Shown in pieces: positions 52,721 to 64,000 of a DNA stretch of 64,000 nucleotides. Both the position numbers and the translations under genes were made by a program. Below the pieces are notes generated by a model. It searched no databases. It was not told where the DNA came from and worked only from the letters and a program-made list of their open reading frames with translations. Source of the DNA: Camelus dromedarius (lineage: Eukaryota); NCBI RefSeq assembly GCF_036321535.1, contig NC_087436.1:68264001-68328000 (forward strand), given 5' to 3'. The stretch's first letter is position 1. Each line of letters opens with the position of its first letter.

Positions 52721-55254
52721 TAACTCTGGCATGTCAGTACACGGAAGCAATAATTATGCAGCAACTGCTGAACATACAGAGTAAAATCTAGTACAAGGGA
52801 TCTGAAAATACCTTTCTAAATGGAAGTGCTATGTTATTCAGTCTCTCAGTGTGTGTTTTGATTGGCAGTGCTGTAATGAATGGAGGCCTTCAAAATCACA
52901 CAAATGAAAATGAGTTTTTTCTGCCTATGAGAAAAATTAATTGGGGTTTTGTTTTGTTATTTTAGCTTAGCAGCTGTATCATGCAAGCCTGCATCCACAT
53001 ACACACCATCTAACAATGCAGGCATATTTGTTTTTCAAGTCCGAAAGAGAAGACCACTCAGTATTCGTTTTATTTGTCTTGGATTAATTTGCTCTTCATG
53101 TAAGCTTGTAGAGCTACAGTATAAAGAAATCTTTAAACTCCAGACCTGCTGACTGGCAGGAGCTTAGACCACAGAGGAACCAGAAACAAGGCTCTGTACA
53201 GGGGCTCTGAAATGAAGTAGGTAGACTGATGTCCCCATTTGTGTTCCAATGCCCCCAAAATACTGTCACAGCATGTGCAACAGGAGAGGAGCTCTATTGA
53301 ATTTGCATTCCGGAAAACAAACTAAAAGGTCAGCATGCATGCATATTTATAATGGAATTGGCATGTGGTAATCAATGAGGGGAAATGTTTCTTTCTTAAG
53401 CTTTTCTGGGGAGAGCTTGCAGTCAGTCTTAGAAAGCTCTTGTAACTATACTTCAATATTTTCAGAACACTTAGGACAAAGAGTGGCCAAACTAATAGTC
53501 TACTGACTCAATGCTAAGACTCAAATGCAGTATCAAAGTAGTACACTTTTCATGTTCATCAAAGGGCAAAAATAGACTGTGGTATAATTAAAGTAGAAAG
53601 CATCAAAAAAAAAAAAAAAAGAACACCTGCTTGAAACTATACTATAGCATAAATTTCTTAGATTGGCAAAATTCCTTAATTGGAAACACTACTGGTGGAG
53701 CATGTCAATTTTGCAGGGGACAATAGCTGTCAACCATGTTTATCAAAATAGAGATCGTACCTTTATACAAGTCTTTTTCTAGTGAGAATGAGTAAAGTGG
53801 TCTTCCCACAACTCCCAATTCTATAGACTTGGAATTTATTAGTCATTTTATCCCAGATTAATTAGTTTTAAAAATATTTGTTTGCATGACTGATAGAGGT
53901 ATCTAGAAAAATACATTAATAAGGAAAGCATCACTTTTGTAATACAAAATCAGTGTTTCTCAGTATACCTCCATTTGGTTATCAGACTATGTTGTCTGAT
54001 AGGACCTTTCTCCAGAACCCATATCCTTCAAAAAATGTGACTCTTGTCACCAAACACAGTACCTGTACCAGACAGAATGGTGGAAATGCTGGACCAGAAG
54101 CTTCTCTGTCTCTTTAAGCCCCACTGAGTTTTCTGTGGTCATTATATCATCTGTTTTTCTCTGTCAACCCACTCCGTGAACCCTTTACAATTTCACCTTC
54201 AGAGATTATTTTGCATAGGTTACAGTTCTAATTTTCTGAGTCCTAACAATATAGAATAGAATTCCTTAATGTCATTAATCACATAATCCAACCCACACTC
54301 CCACTTCTAGGAACATCTGATCATCACCATGATTTATGGCTTCTTGCAAAACTTAATCACTGAAGTCAGTACTTCCTCACCTGACCTCAGCCCCCTCTCA
54401 CTTGTTTATTCTTCCTCAGATAGTACTTAGCACCCACTACTTTACATACAGAACTCAATAAATATCAATTAGATTAAATTGAGCTTATCCTTTTCCTTAT
54501 GACTGTTTCAGTAACTTCGGACTGTAAATGAACTTCTGGGTTTTAAATGGACTTTAGTTTCAGACGTGAGTGGTTGGGAATTAGTTGATGGAGTAATTAG
54601 CAGCAAATTTGAGTTAGTGGGAAAAACTAGGGTAGGTGAATAGGAGGTAAAGATTAAAAGATGATAAGAAAAGCACCCCGTTAAGACAAGGCTGATACTG
54701 AGATGAGTCTGGGAAGATTCATAGTTCGTGCAAGTATAGTAATAATAAATTTAAAATTTTAGCTTGCATATGTGTAAAATGTGAACTACAGTGAGTGAAG
54801 GCAATAAGCAGGGTGATAAGGTACTGTGAAGAGATTGTGGGCAAAGGATAAATTGAAAGAGGGGATTGCTATGAGGTTATATAGATGCAATTAACATATG
54901 TTATCCAGGCACTGGATACACTGACAAGAAGGAGACCTGGTAAGTCAAAAAGTTTCTCACTCAACACAATTGCTTTGTTTCAAATGAGGAGTTAATATTC
55001 AGAGCATGATAGCTGATATTTCTCATTTGATAATGTATCAGTGTATGCTGATTGCCTTCATTCTATATTTGTACTGAATTGTTTGGGGAAATGGAAGAAC
55101 TAGTCATCCCATCCCTTAGACTGACTGAAAAAATGTAAGAAAACAAAAAACAATCTTCCTGGGAATTTGTGCAAATAGAATTTAAGTGGAAGTTAGACAA
55201 TTATTTGTGTACATTATTGTAGTAATCCTACATAGAGGAAGCTTTGTATAGCTT

Positions 55255-55440
55255 TCTAAAGCACAGGCTTTGGTGTCAAACTAACCTGGACCCCAACCAG
55301 TGCTCAACTAATCCCTACCTGTGTGCCCTTGGGAGAGTCATGGCACCTCTCTGGGCCTCAATTTTTTCATCTGTAAAATGAGGATAACCCCCATGCCACA
55401 AGGTTCTTCTGGAAGTTAAGTGATGTGATGTATGTAAAAT
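55255..55440 (+). mobile_element. MIR SINE
   Basis: ctgtgtgcccttggg...cctctctgggcctcaattttttcatctgtaaaatgaggataa. Confidence 0.85.
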
Positions 55441-56359
55441 TGAATTATTTATGGCAATAACGATGGTGGTAAAACCATATTTTAAGAATATCTGAAATTT
55501 AAGCCTATAAGTCTATATAACCAGCAGGCTGTGGGCTGCATTGTCTTCCAGGCTACACAAAGGGAAAGCTCCTCAAAGTGGGGGCAGTGTAGGGTTTAGT
55601 ATATAAGCATTGGGGAAGTGCCCTACTCAAAAGCACCATCTCCCCTACATCTTAGACATTTGCTAATTTAACATGAGTGTGTGAGAGCAGGAGCAGAAAT
55701 CCTGAGGCTACTGAATGAGTAGCTACTGAAAGAAGCTCTTCTGCATAACCACTGGTCCTGTGCACACTTAAGATCTCACACAGAAACATGTACGCACACA
55801 TGTATATATGAACTCGTGCATGCAGACACATATAAACATGCACATGGCTAAGCCCAGGCCAGCTGTCAGCTGCCCTGAGGTCTCAGAACCCAATTTCTAA
55901 CCTCCAAAGGGGGGTTAGAAGTAGGTGGCAGGGGTGAGTGCAGGGGTGAGTGTGTCAAGAATGTGTGCCATGTTAGTGGCATGGATAGTGCCGTTACAGG
56001 GGTGTGAGTGGATGAGAGAGTGGTGGGTGCACACAGTCAGTACTGCTGCCATATAGGGCTCTTGGGGCCGTACAATCATGGGAAGAAATCTGACTTAAGC
56101 AAAGAAATCTCTTCTAATGCAAACAAAGGTGTTAAATGGGTGAGTGCTCACCCTAATCCTGAGGCTTCACCTAGGAATATGTTACGACACAAAAAGAAAG
56201 GGGCAGGAGAAGTGCATATGACCAGGGAAGCTGGCAAATCAGGCACCAGCTCCTAAAATGGATGCAGACCAGCAGGACGATGGATGGCAGGAACAGAGAG
56301 CAGAGACAGGATATGTGGATGCCCCTGCAGAAGGTTGTGTCCTGCTGCCGCTTTCCTTG

Positions 56360-56560
56360 GCTGCCTCTGTTCGAATCCCTGCAGCCACTTACCATGTGAT
56401 GACTACAAACAAACTTTTTAAACAACAAGTGCTTCTGTTTTCTCATCTGCAAAGTGGAGATCAAGATACTACATCTGTCACAAGGTTTGCATGCGTGTGT
56501 GTACCAAGTTACTTAATACATGTAAAGCAGCACATGGAGAAATGCTGTTATCATCAGTGT
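56360..56560 (+). mobile_element. MIR SINE
   Basis: gttcgaatccctgcagccacttac...ttttctcatctgcaaagtggaga. Confidence 0.75.
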
Positions 56561-57925
56561 CATTTTTATTATTATCATAAACTTTTTCTGTATGAAGGAG
56601 GTGTTGCTTTTTTTAATCAAGATCCATTTCCATCAAACAAAAAGTGGAGTTTATGTTCAAAGGAATTGAGGTCCTAGTGGTCAAAGACAGCAAAGTGAAG
56701 ATGAGATTTTTATAAGGACTTCCTTTGTACAATGGGTAGAAGTGGGACTTTGGAGAAAACCCTAGCAAATGTAAATTAATGTTTTCCTTCTCCTAACCCC
56801 TTTCTTGATTATAGCTCTGAATCATCTATAAATGTATTCACAAACTTTTGACAGATTCTCAAAGCCATGGATTGCTTTGTACCAAAGTCTTCCTCACTGG
56901 CCACATCTATGCCATGAGAAATTTGTATCACCACGTCCCTCCCAAACCTGTATGTTCCAGAGGATCTTCAAGCAGGACCAGAGAGCAGCAGAGAGAGACA
57001 GATCTTGACAGGCAACTGGGCCCGAAAGAAAGCTCCCTGATCTTGTTTATCTCCTCCAAATTCCAAGTCAGCAGACAGAGGATAGTACCCAAAGCCACGA
57101 AGTCACTTGTCTAGGAACTTGGCCAGGTGAGCAAAACTGAGTGCACAGAGTGCAATTAATCATGTAGAGTTTTGCAGAGTTGAATACAGTACTATGAATG
57201 GGCAATGATGTATTCATACTAGAATATACTGACCTAACATTTTCATTAAAACACAATGCACAACATGGTCCCTAAATTCTGCTTCTGGGGAGAAACAATT
57301 TTCAGTGGTGTCATGATAAAAAGCGTATAAGAAGAAGTAAAGGCCTTATTAGGAAGCAAATCAGATAACGTCAGTACATTTCAAACTAAACCTAAAACAA
57401 TATTCCTTATTTAGGTGATCTGAATCACCTTAAAAACCATAAATAACACATGAAGTATCTAAAACCCCTCCAAGTACATAACAAACTCAGTGTAGAAGCA
57501 CAAGATTATGAGTCATAAACAAGTTTACCAGGACAAGTGCGATGTACATCATAGCAAAGCCCCTATAGCATCAAAAATAATAATGAAGCACCACACATTT
57601 GAGCAGGGAGCTGCAGCAGCTGTCAGAGCCGGATGGTTTATAGACAAAAGCCGCGGAGCAACTGTGTCTCAGTGGAGTCACCGGGCCCACTGTGTACCTA
57701 GGAATTGTGGCAGACAATGCAGATAGCATCTTTAATGACTATTCAAATGAAGATAGGATGATTGATGATATCCTTTCTTGTTTTCTTGAAGTACCAAATA
57801 TGAAGCCAATCCTACATAAATCCCCATAGCTTGCAGACTGAGAAATAATCTCTCATTATAATGTATTCCTTTAAATTATGCATCACTGCATGGTAGAAAC
57901 AGCAGGGCTCTGCCTGTAATTCTTC

Positions 57926-57979
57926 TGTGTGTATGTGTGCGTGTGTGTGATAAAGATAGAGAGAGAGAGAGAGAGAGAG
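57926..57979. repeat. compound imperfect (TG)n-(GA)n microsatellite
   Basis: tgtgtgtatgtgtgcgtgtgtgtga...gagagagagagagagagag. Confidence 0.85.
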
Positions 57980-60139
57980 GGCTGCCATCTACATTATAAA
58001 GTTCTTTTAACTAAAGGTGACCTGCCATCATGTGTTCAGTAATATATTTCCTTTCTTTAGATATAAATGCAGTAATCATAGGCGAGCACAATGCCTGCAT
58101 AGTGGACTTGTTTAATAAATATTTGTTTAAGAGAAGGAGAAAGATAGAAAATAAAAGAGCAAGGAAAAGAAAAGTAAGAAAGAAGAAAAAGGAAAGGAAA
58201 AGGAAAGAAAAATTATCAAAAATGTTTTTAAATCACTCTGAACAGCAGAAAGGCCAACTCCGCGTACGTTTCACATGAAGAAGCACAAAGAGTGTTGATG
58301 GAACACTACTAGCTCTGATCACATGGTTCCCTAGTGAGATACATGAAGATCAAATAGGTCCCCTAACTGAGCAGTGGCAGAGCTAGAACTGAGTTCCAGG
58401 TATCCTAGCTTCAAAATGCTTTGACATAACTTTGGTGAAAGCTTAGGTATTATATGCTATCTAACCCTTTTTCAGGAGCCTCTCACCAATTTGATACGGT
58501 GTCAGAGGACAAGACAAATATCAATTCTAATTATTTCTACTGGGCAGTCATATTGAGTTGGTTTCAAAGCCAAACAACTGAATTATTTCTGCCTCTTCAA
58601 TTGATTCCCACCAGTTTTTCTCTTGTAATTTAGGAAACTTTCTGAATTCACAGACTTAACTTCTTGGGTAGCTCCATACATCTGTTAGGTACTTGACTAA
58701 TTTAATAATCTGCCTTGCATCCATCTCAGCTTCATTGTTCACTGCCATCCATAATGTTATCCCCAATCAGCAAGTCTTTTTAATATGTTGAACCTTTAAG
58801 GTGACTGATATGGGTTATGGAGTTGTGGCTAAAGTGGATATAGAAGAAAATTAATGTCACAAGTCATTTATATCCATTATTCTAATGGAGTTTAAAATAA
58901 TGAAATTATTTTTTTATCAAGCCATACTGAAAATGCACACAGTTTAGAAACCATTTGACTTCACATAATCTATATTTTAACATTTAACAATGTGACAGTC
59001 TCAAAATGGCACATTATCACCATTGAAAATCACTTTAGAAATTCTGAAGTACTAAATTAAATATGGGGTAGGCCACATACAATTATCTTTGGAATTGTAA
59101 AGCAATATTGGTTCTCAAGGACTTAGATGACAATATCATGACCCATAAACCGTTCTTTTCTCATATTACTTTTCTTAAAGTCTAAACTTCTCATGAAATG
59201 TATTTTTAAACCAAAAAGCTAACAATTAAGGCTAGATCAATTTAAGAGTGATATTCTAATTCCTTAGTATTAAGCCATCCTTCATAATTCAGGTTTTTTA
59301 TTTTCATATATCTGTTTATCCCCTCAAAGTGAGATTTGCCAAAATACTTCACTCTTCATGGGTTCATGACAGGGACTTTCTCCAGGGTCACCGAGAAGGA
59401 GAAAATAAGTTCCTCTAGGAAGTAGGACTAAGGGATACTAGGCAAATAAAGGAAAGATTAATAAAGGAAAGATCAAAATAGAGAATAGTAGAGAATAATT
59501 AAGGTAGGAATAAAAATGATGAAAGTAAAAGATTGACTTTGAAAATAATAAAGTTAAAATAAATGAATGTCAGTATGTTTTAAGACATATATGCAGAAGT
59601 GAATTAGAAATACAGACTACAAATAAAGATGTGGGAAAGATTATGAGAACAAAACACTGCTGAGCTTCCGGCTGTATAATTACTGTAACACACTGAAAAC
59701 GTCCCACCCCAACCCCTATGCATTACAACATATGTGATGGATCTGTCTGTTCCTTAAAGCTACTGACACCAACGTAAGTGCACAAATTTGAGAAGCTGTA
59801 ATATATGATCTTTAGCAAACTGATGACCAGTTGATCTTTTCATGTATGTAATTCCTATATTCCTAAACCAACACTCTAATACAAGCCCTTCTAGCTATTT
59901 ATATTCCTCATGCATCATCCTAAACCTGACGGGCGCCTGTCTTCTTTAACACAGTTTTTCACTGCTCCTCTTCACCTACTGTGTACTCTGGAATTTGCAT
60001 TCCTTGATTAAAAACTTCCCAAAATCTTGCACTTCTTTAATAAAATTGTCTTTTATTACATATTTTAATTGAAATTTTTGTACACCACTTGAAGGAGGCA
60101 TTACTACTGCTTATCACCATTTCTTATTTTCTTTGTTCC

Positions 60140-60480
60140 TGAGTGTATATGTGGGTGCCTACCTTGAAGTGAGGTGTGACCACATAACTTTCATGGCCTA
60201 ATAAAATGTGAGTGGAAGGGACACTGAATCACTTTGGAGAAGTATTTAAAAGTCAGTATGTGATTTTCTACATTATCTACATTTACTTGTGGAAAACATA
60301 TCTTGCTATGCAGGTGCCATGATATGAAAATATGCAGGTGAGCCACCCTATAGAGGACAGCTGTCTGAGAGTCACTCAACCCTACAGTGACTTCTATGCA
60401 ATAAACATGTATTATGTAAATACCTGAGACCTAGATGCTGTTTGTTTTAGTAGCATAAGCTAGCCTATTCTGACTAATAT
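60140..60480 (+). mobile_element. MaLR LTR, MLT1J-like
   Basis: cttgaagtgaggtgtgaccacataact...gcataagctagcctattctgactaata. Confidence 0.7.
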
Positions 60481-60499
60481 TCTCCTGAATGACATCTTT

Positions 60500-61970
60500 T
60501 TGCATGCTCTAGTGAACAGCACATTTATTTATTCATTCACATAAGCCTCAGAATCTGGATTCCAGGGCTATTTTCTTCTCCTCATGGAACATTACTCACT
60601 TGAGGAGCATGCCATGTGATGATACAACCCTTTGAACTTTGTCTTCTCTTACATGTCCTACAATTAACCTGGAAACTTTTTATCTTCATTTGTATGATCA
60701 ATTCACCAACAAATCCAATCATTTACTTCACTATCTCACTTCAGTGATCTCAACACCACTTCAGTCCCACATTTCATAAGCATACATGCATATTTTCATC
60801 ACCTGAATCAATTTCTCCTCTGAAATAATGGATTCATTCACCTCACTTTCTGAACACAGCCTCTTATCCTCTAAGTTCTTTCATTTAATCATTCCCTACT
60901 ATACCAACCTCATCAGGACCCCTAGGATACTGACCCCCTATTTATATCTATTTTTATCATAATGACTATTGAGCTCATGGCATTTGATCTTTAGTAATTC
61001 TAATCCTAATGATTTTGTCATCCTTTGTCATTATTCTCAGTGTCCTTTCTTCATTTTCCTATCCTTCCCTACACCAAACAAAACCTAACTTTGAATGAAC
61101 AAAAATGTCCATCTTCTCTGAAGCTTCATCTTATAAAACACCTACAACTGGTTAGCTGATCCAACTATTAATTTGTGATCACCAAGAGTACCTGGATCCT
61201 CCTATACTTCCTGGAAATACTAACAGTTCTCCTTAACTCACTCTCTCATTTTCACAAAGGTTCTCCTTTGTCCTGAAATCTCAACTTGATCTGTTCTTGG
61301 TTTTTTATCATAAAAATGATAAGAAGGGAACCTCTTTGAATTCCCATACACAAAACCTACAAAGCTCTGAGCATTAATAACCATCCTTTTCTTTGCCATT
61401 TATTCTGTTGATTTTCTCTACTCCTCCCCTTACCTCCAAACTCTTCCTTTTCTAACTCCTTCTCATTAGGATTTAACTATGACCATGATTCTTTTCTATT
61501 TTATAATTACCCAACCACTAGAATTATCCTTCATAATTCCACCTAAAATACTTTCATTGATGACTTACTTGCTGCTAAATAAATGCAACAAACCTCATCA
61601 TGTAACAGTATTTTTATACAGGCGACTTTCTCTTTCTTGGCTTCAGTTTCCCCACACTTTCTTGGTTTTCCCTTTAATATTCCTATCTAGGTCATCTAAT
61701 CCTAATTTATAGAATCTTCTTCTACTTCCAGTTGCTGAATTGACAGTACACATTTAGGTCTCATCCTTGGTGCAAAATCTCTTCTTAATCTACACACTCT
61801 TCCTGGGTGATCACATATACATTTATGATCTCTACTATCTACATAGATTACATATCAATTATTAACAAATACTTATCTAGAGAACATACTTCTGTCTAAG
61901 CTCCTTCCAACTACTTACTACATGTCTCCATGTAGGTGTCCCATAGGAACCTCAGGCACAACCTAAACAA
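60500..61970 (+). mobile_element. highly degenerate L2 internal region
   Basis: Pyrimidine-rich L2-like pattern, e.g. tctacacactcttcctgggtgatc, gtgtcccataggaacctca. Confidence 0.5.
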
Positions 61971-63071
61971 ACTAAAATTTTGAAATAAACTAAAGTAATC
62001 TGAGAAAAAAGAGAGTACATATGGCACAAGGAATTTCCAGGTTGATCCTGAAGCATGCAGGATGAATCAATGCAACAGACTTAGAGGTCAAGTGTTCCCA
62101 ATTGAAATGTGAGAACAGAGGCCCAGGAAAGATGGCTCCAAGATGAGAATCTGGCAAAATATCTACTTTGTTTAAAGAAATTTAGTAGAATCTCTGTAAG
62201 TAGATTAATTAGCAACAGATTTAGAGAAAATGAAACAAATTGCAAGATTAGGTATTAATTCCATTAGACCTTAGATATTAACATTAACTTCAAGAAAAGC
62301 AAAAATATAACAAGAAAAGAAATATAACCATAGACCCATTCTTGAGTCATCTGTGAATAATAAAATAATGTAATATAATGATACTGAAAAAATCAGAAGA
62401 GGAATAAAATTGAATTGAAAGAATAAAATTGAAAAATCAAGAAATAGCAACATAAACAGAGGGCACTGATCAGAATAATCAATCAATTAAAATGTATGAA
62501 CATAATTATCTCAAGGTAGTAGAAATCTGGAGAGGAGAGAATGGGGCAGGTGGATGCTATTATTAAATATAGCCTGCTAGTATTATTATTTTTAAATAAT
62601 GTGCATGTACTACTTTGGTAAAATGTTTAAATATTAATAAAAGTTTTATAATACGCCTTGCTTTGTCTCATGCAGGAGGTGTGAAGTTCAAATTATTGGC
62701 CAGGTAGGAAGAAGTAAAATACTAGGAAAAGAGTAGAGGACTTGATAAATAGGAGATGTAGAATATTGGCACATGTAAGGTGAGAGCATTTGCTTGGTTA
62801 GTTGGGTAGTCAGGAAAACTGGGAGAAAAGAAACAGAATAAAGTCTACATAGGAAGTGGTTGCTAACCTTCTGGAGAGTGGATAATATGTATAATTTGCT
62901 TTATATACAGTAGATAGTTTAAATTATTATGGAAAAAATACTTCAGCAAAATATATGGAAAGTAGCTAAACAGACATTTGGAGCAAATATAATGTTACTG
63001 AAATTCCTATGATGGTAAGTGAAAAGTTATTTTCTGAACATGTTTTGAAAATGTTGGGATGGAGAATAAAC

Positions 63072-63257
63072 TGGGGTTAACATATAAAATACAGAATGCC
63101 TAGTTACATTTTAATTTCAGAAAAACAACAGATTTTTATGGGTTCCCCAATATTGCATGAAACTCACTTATAATGAGAAAATTTTCATTGTTTATCTAAA
63201 TTAAATCAAATTTAATTGAGAGTTCTATATTTTTATTTGCTAAATCTGGCAACCCAG
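63072..63257. mobile_element. MER53 hAT MITE (second copy)
   Basis: Ends atttgctaaatctggcaaccc; near-TSD gaataaac / ggataaac. Confidence 0.8.
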
Positions 63258-63643
63258 GGATAAACCAATTGTTAAAGACCTAAAAGATAAATACAAATAC
63301 AAACATTCTCATTAAAAGTAAGAAATTATAATAGCTAAAGTTTTAAAATTAATTTAAGAACCTGAAAATGAAGCGCAGGGTAATGAAAGTTCTTAAAGAA
63401 AAACCCTGACATAAGAGATCCCCTTACCTTTGTTGAATACCAAAAAAAAAAAAAAAAAAGAAGTGTTTTTGTACAACAATGATGCTAGCTTTCCTAACTG
63501 GATGAACATCATCATGAGGCCACACTCCTGAATCATTTTCAGAGAAATTAATCATCCGCCTGATAGATACATCTAAATTTCTAGCCAAGATCAATTTAAA
63601 ACAGGGAGAAATTCATAAGTTCCAAGCAAATTAAACTCTAAAG

Positions 63644-63847
63644 CAGGTTGGCAAACTATGTCCACTGGCTTGTTTTGTAAATAAAGTTTTACTAGAACAT
63701 AGCGATGTCTGTTCATTTATAGAATGTCCATGACTGTTTTTACACCACAAAGGCAGAGCTGAATGCTTTTCACAAAGACCTTAAACCCACAAAGCTAAAA
63801 AAAAATTTACTATCTGATCCTTCATAGAAAAAGTTTGCCAAATGTTA
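63644..63847 (+). mobile_element. MER58A-like hAT-Charlie element
   Basis: caggttggcaaacta...ttttgtaaataaagttttactagaaca...gaaaaagtttgcca; 8-bp TSD ctctaaag / ctttaaag. Confidence 0.88.
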
Positions 63848-64000
63848 CTTTAAAGGCTACCTTGACCCACAAGACTCAGTAGAATCAGACAAAGAGAAGC
63901 TCTGAACAGGCCAACAACTAAACCTTCTTTTCAATGGCCAAAATTACAATGAGCTCTAATTAGACTGAGGAGACATCAGAGTTAAGTTGAGTTAAGCAGT

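Noticed and set aside
57413..57430. Inverted repeat aggtgat-ctga-atcacct
   Set aside because: A 7-bp stem is expected by chance in 64 kb and is too short for a pre-miRNA.
58030..58278. Lys/Arg-rich ORF resembling an NLS-bearing protein
   Set aside because: It derives from an L2 tail plus A/G low-complexity sequence.
1..64000. ORF track entries (60-139 aa) as real genes
   Set aside because: They are short, often start at non-ATG codons and mostly lie inside repeats. None resembles a cellular protein I recognise, and their density looks like chance.

Overview
AT-rich, CpG-depleted mammalian genomic DNA, intronic or intergenic. It contains no recognisable protein-coding gene, RNA gene, CRISPR array or prokaryote-type system. 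Much of the window is interspersed repeat: ancient eutherian MIR, L2, MaLR (MLT1), LTR16, MER21, MER31 and hAT elements (MER3/MER33, MER53, MER58), older L1M fragments, and seven 5'-truncated copies of a younger L1 with a cetartiodactyl-type 3' UTR. Several of the young L1s keep clean target-site duplications (TSDs). I saw no Alu, B1/B2, Bov-tA/BovB, PRE1 or Can-SINE, so a camelid origin is a plausible but unverified inference. The ORF track is mostly chance ORFs, plus decayed L1 ORF2 remnants. The most notable signals are a twin-priming inverted L1, nested insertions that can be ordered in time, a possible minus-strand 5' gene end near 1-3 kb, a few unverified exon candidates and some transcription-factor motif clusters. 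I found no support for a novel biological system. Repeat names come from recalled consensus sequences, and boundaries without a TSD are approximate.
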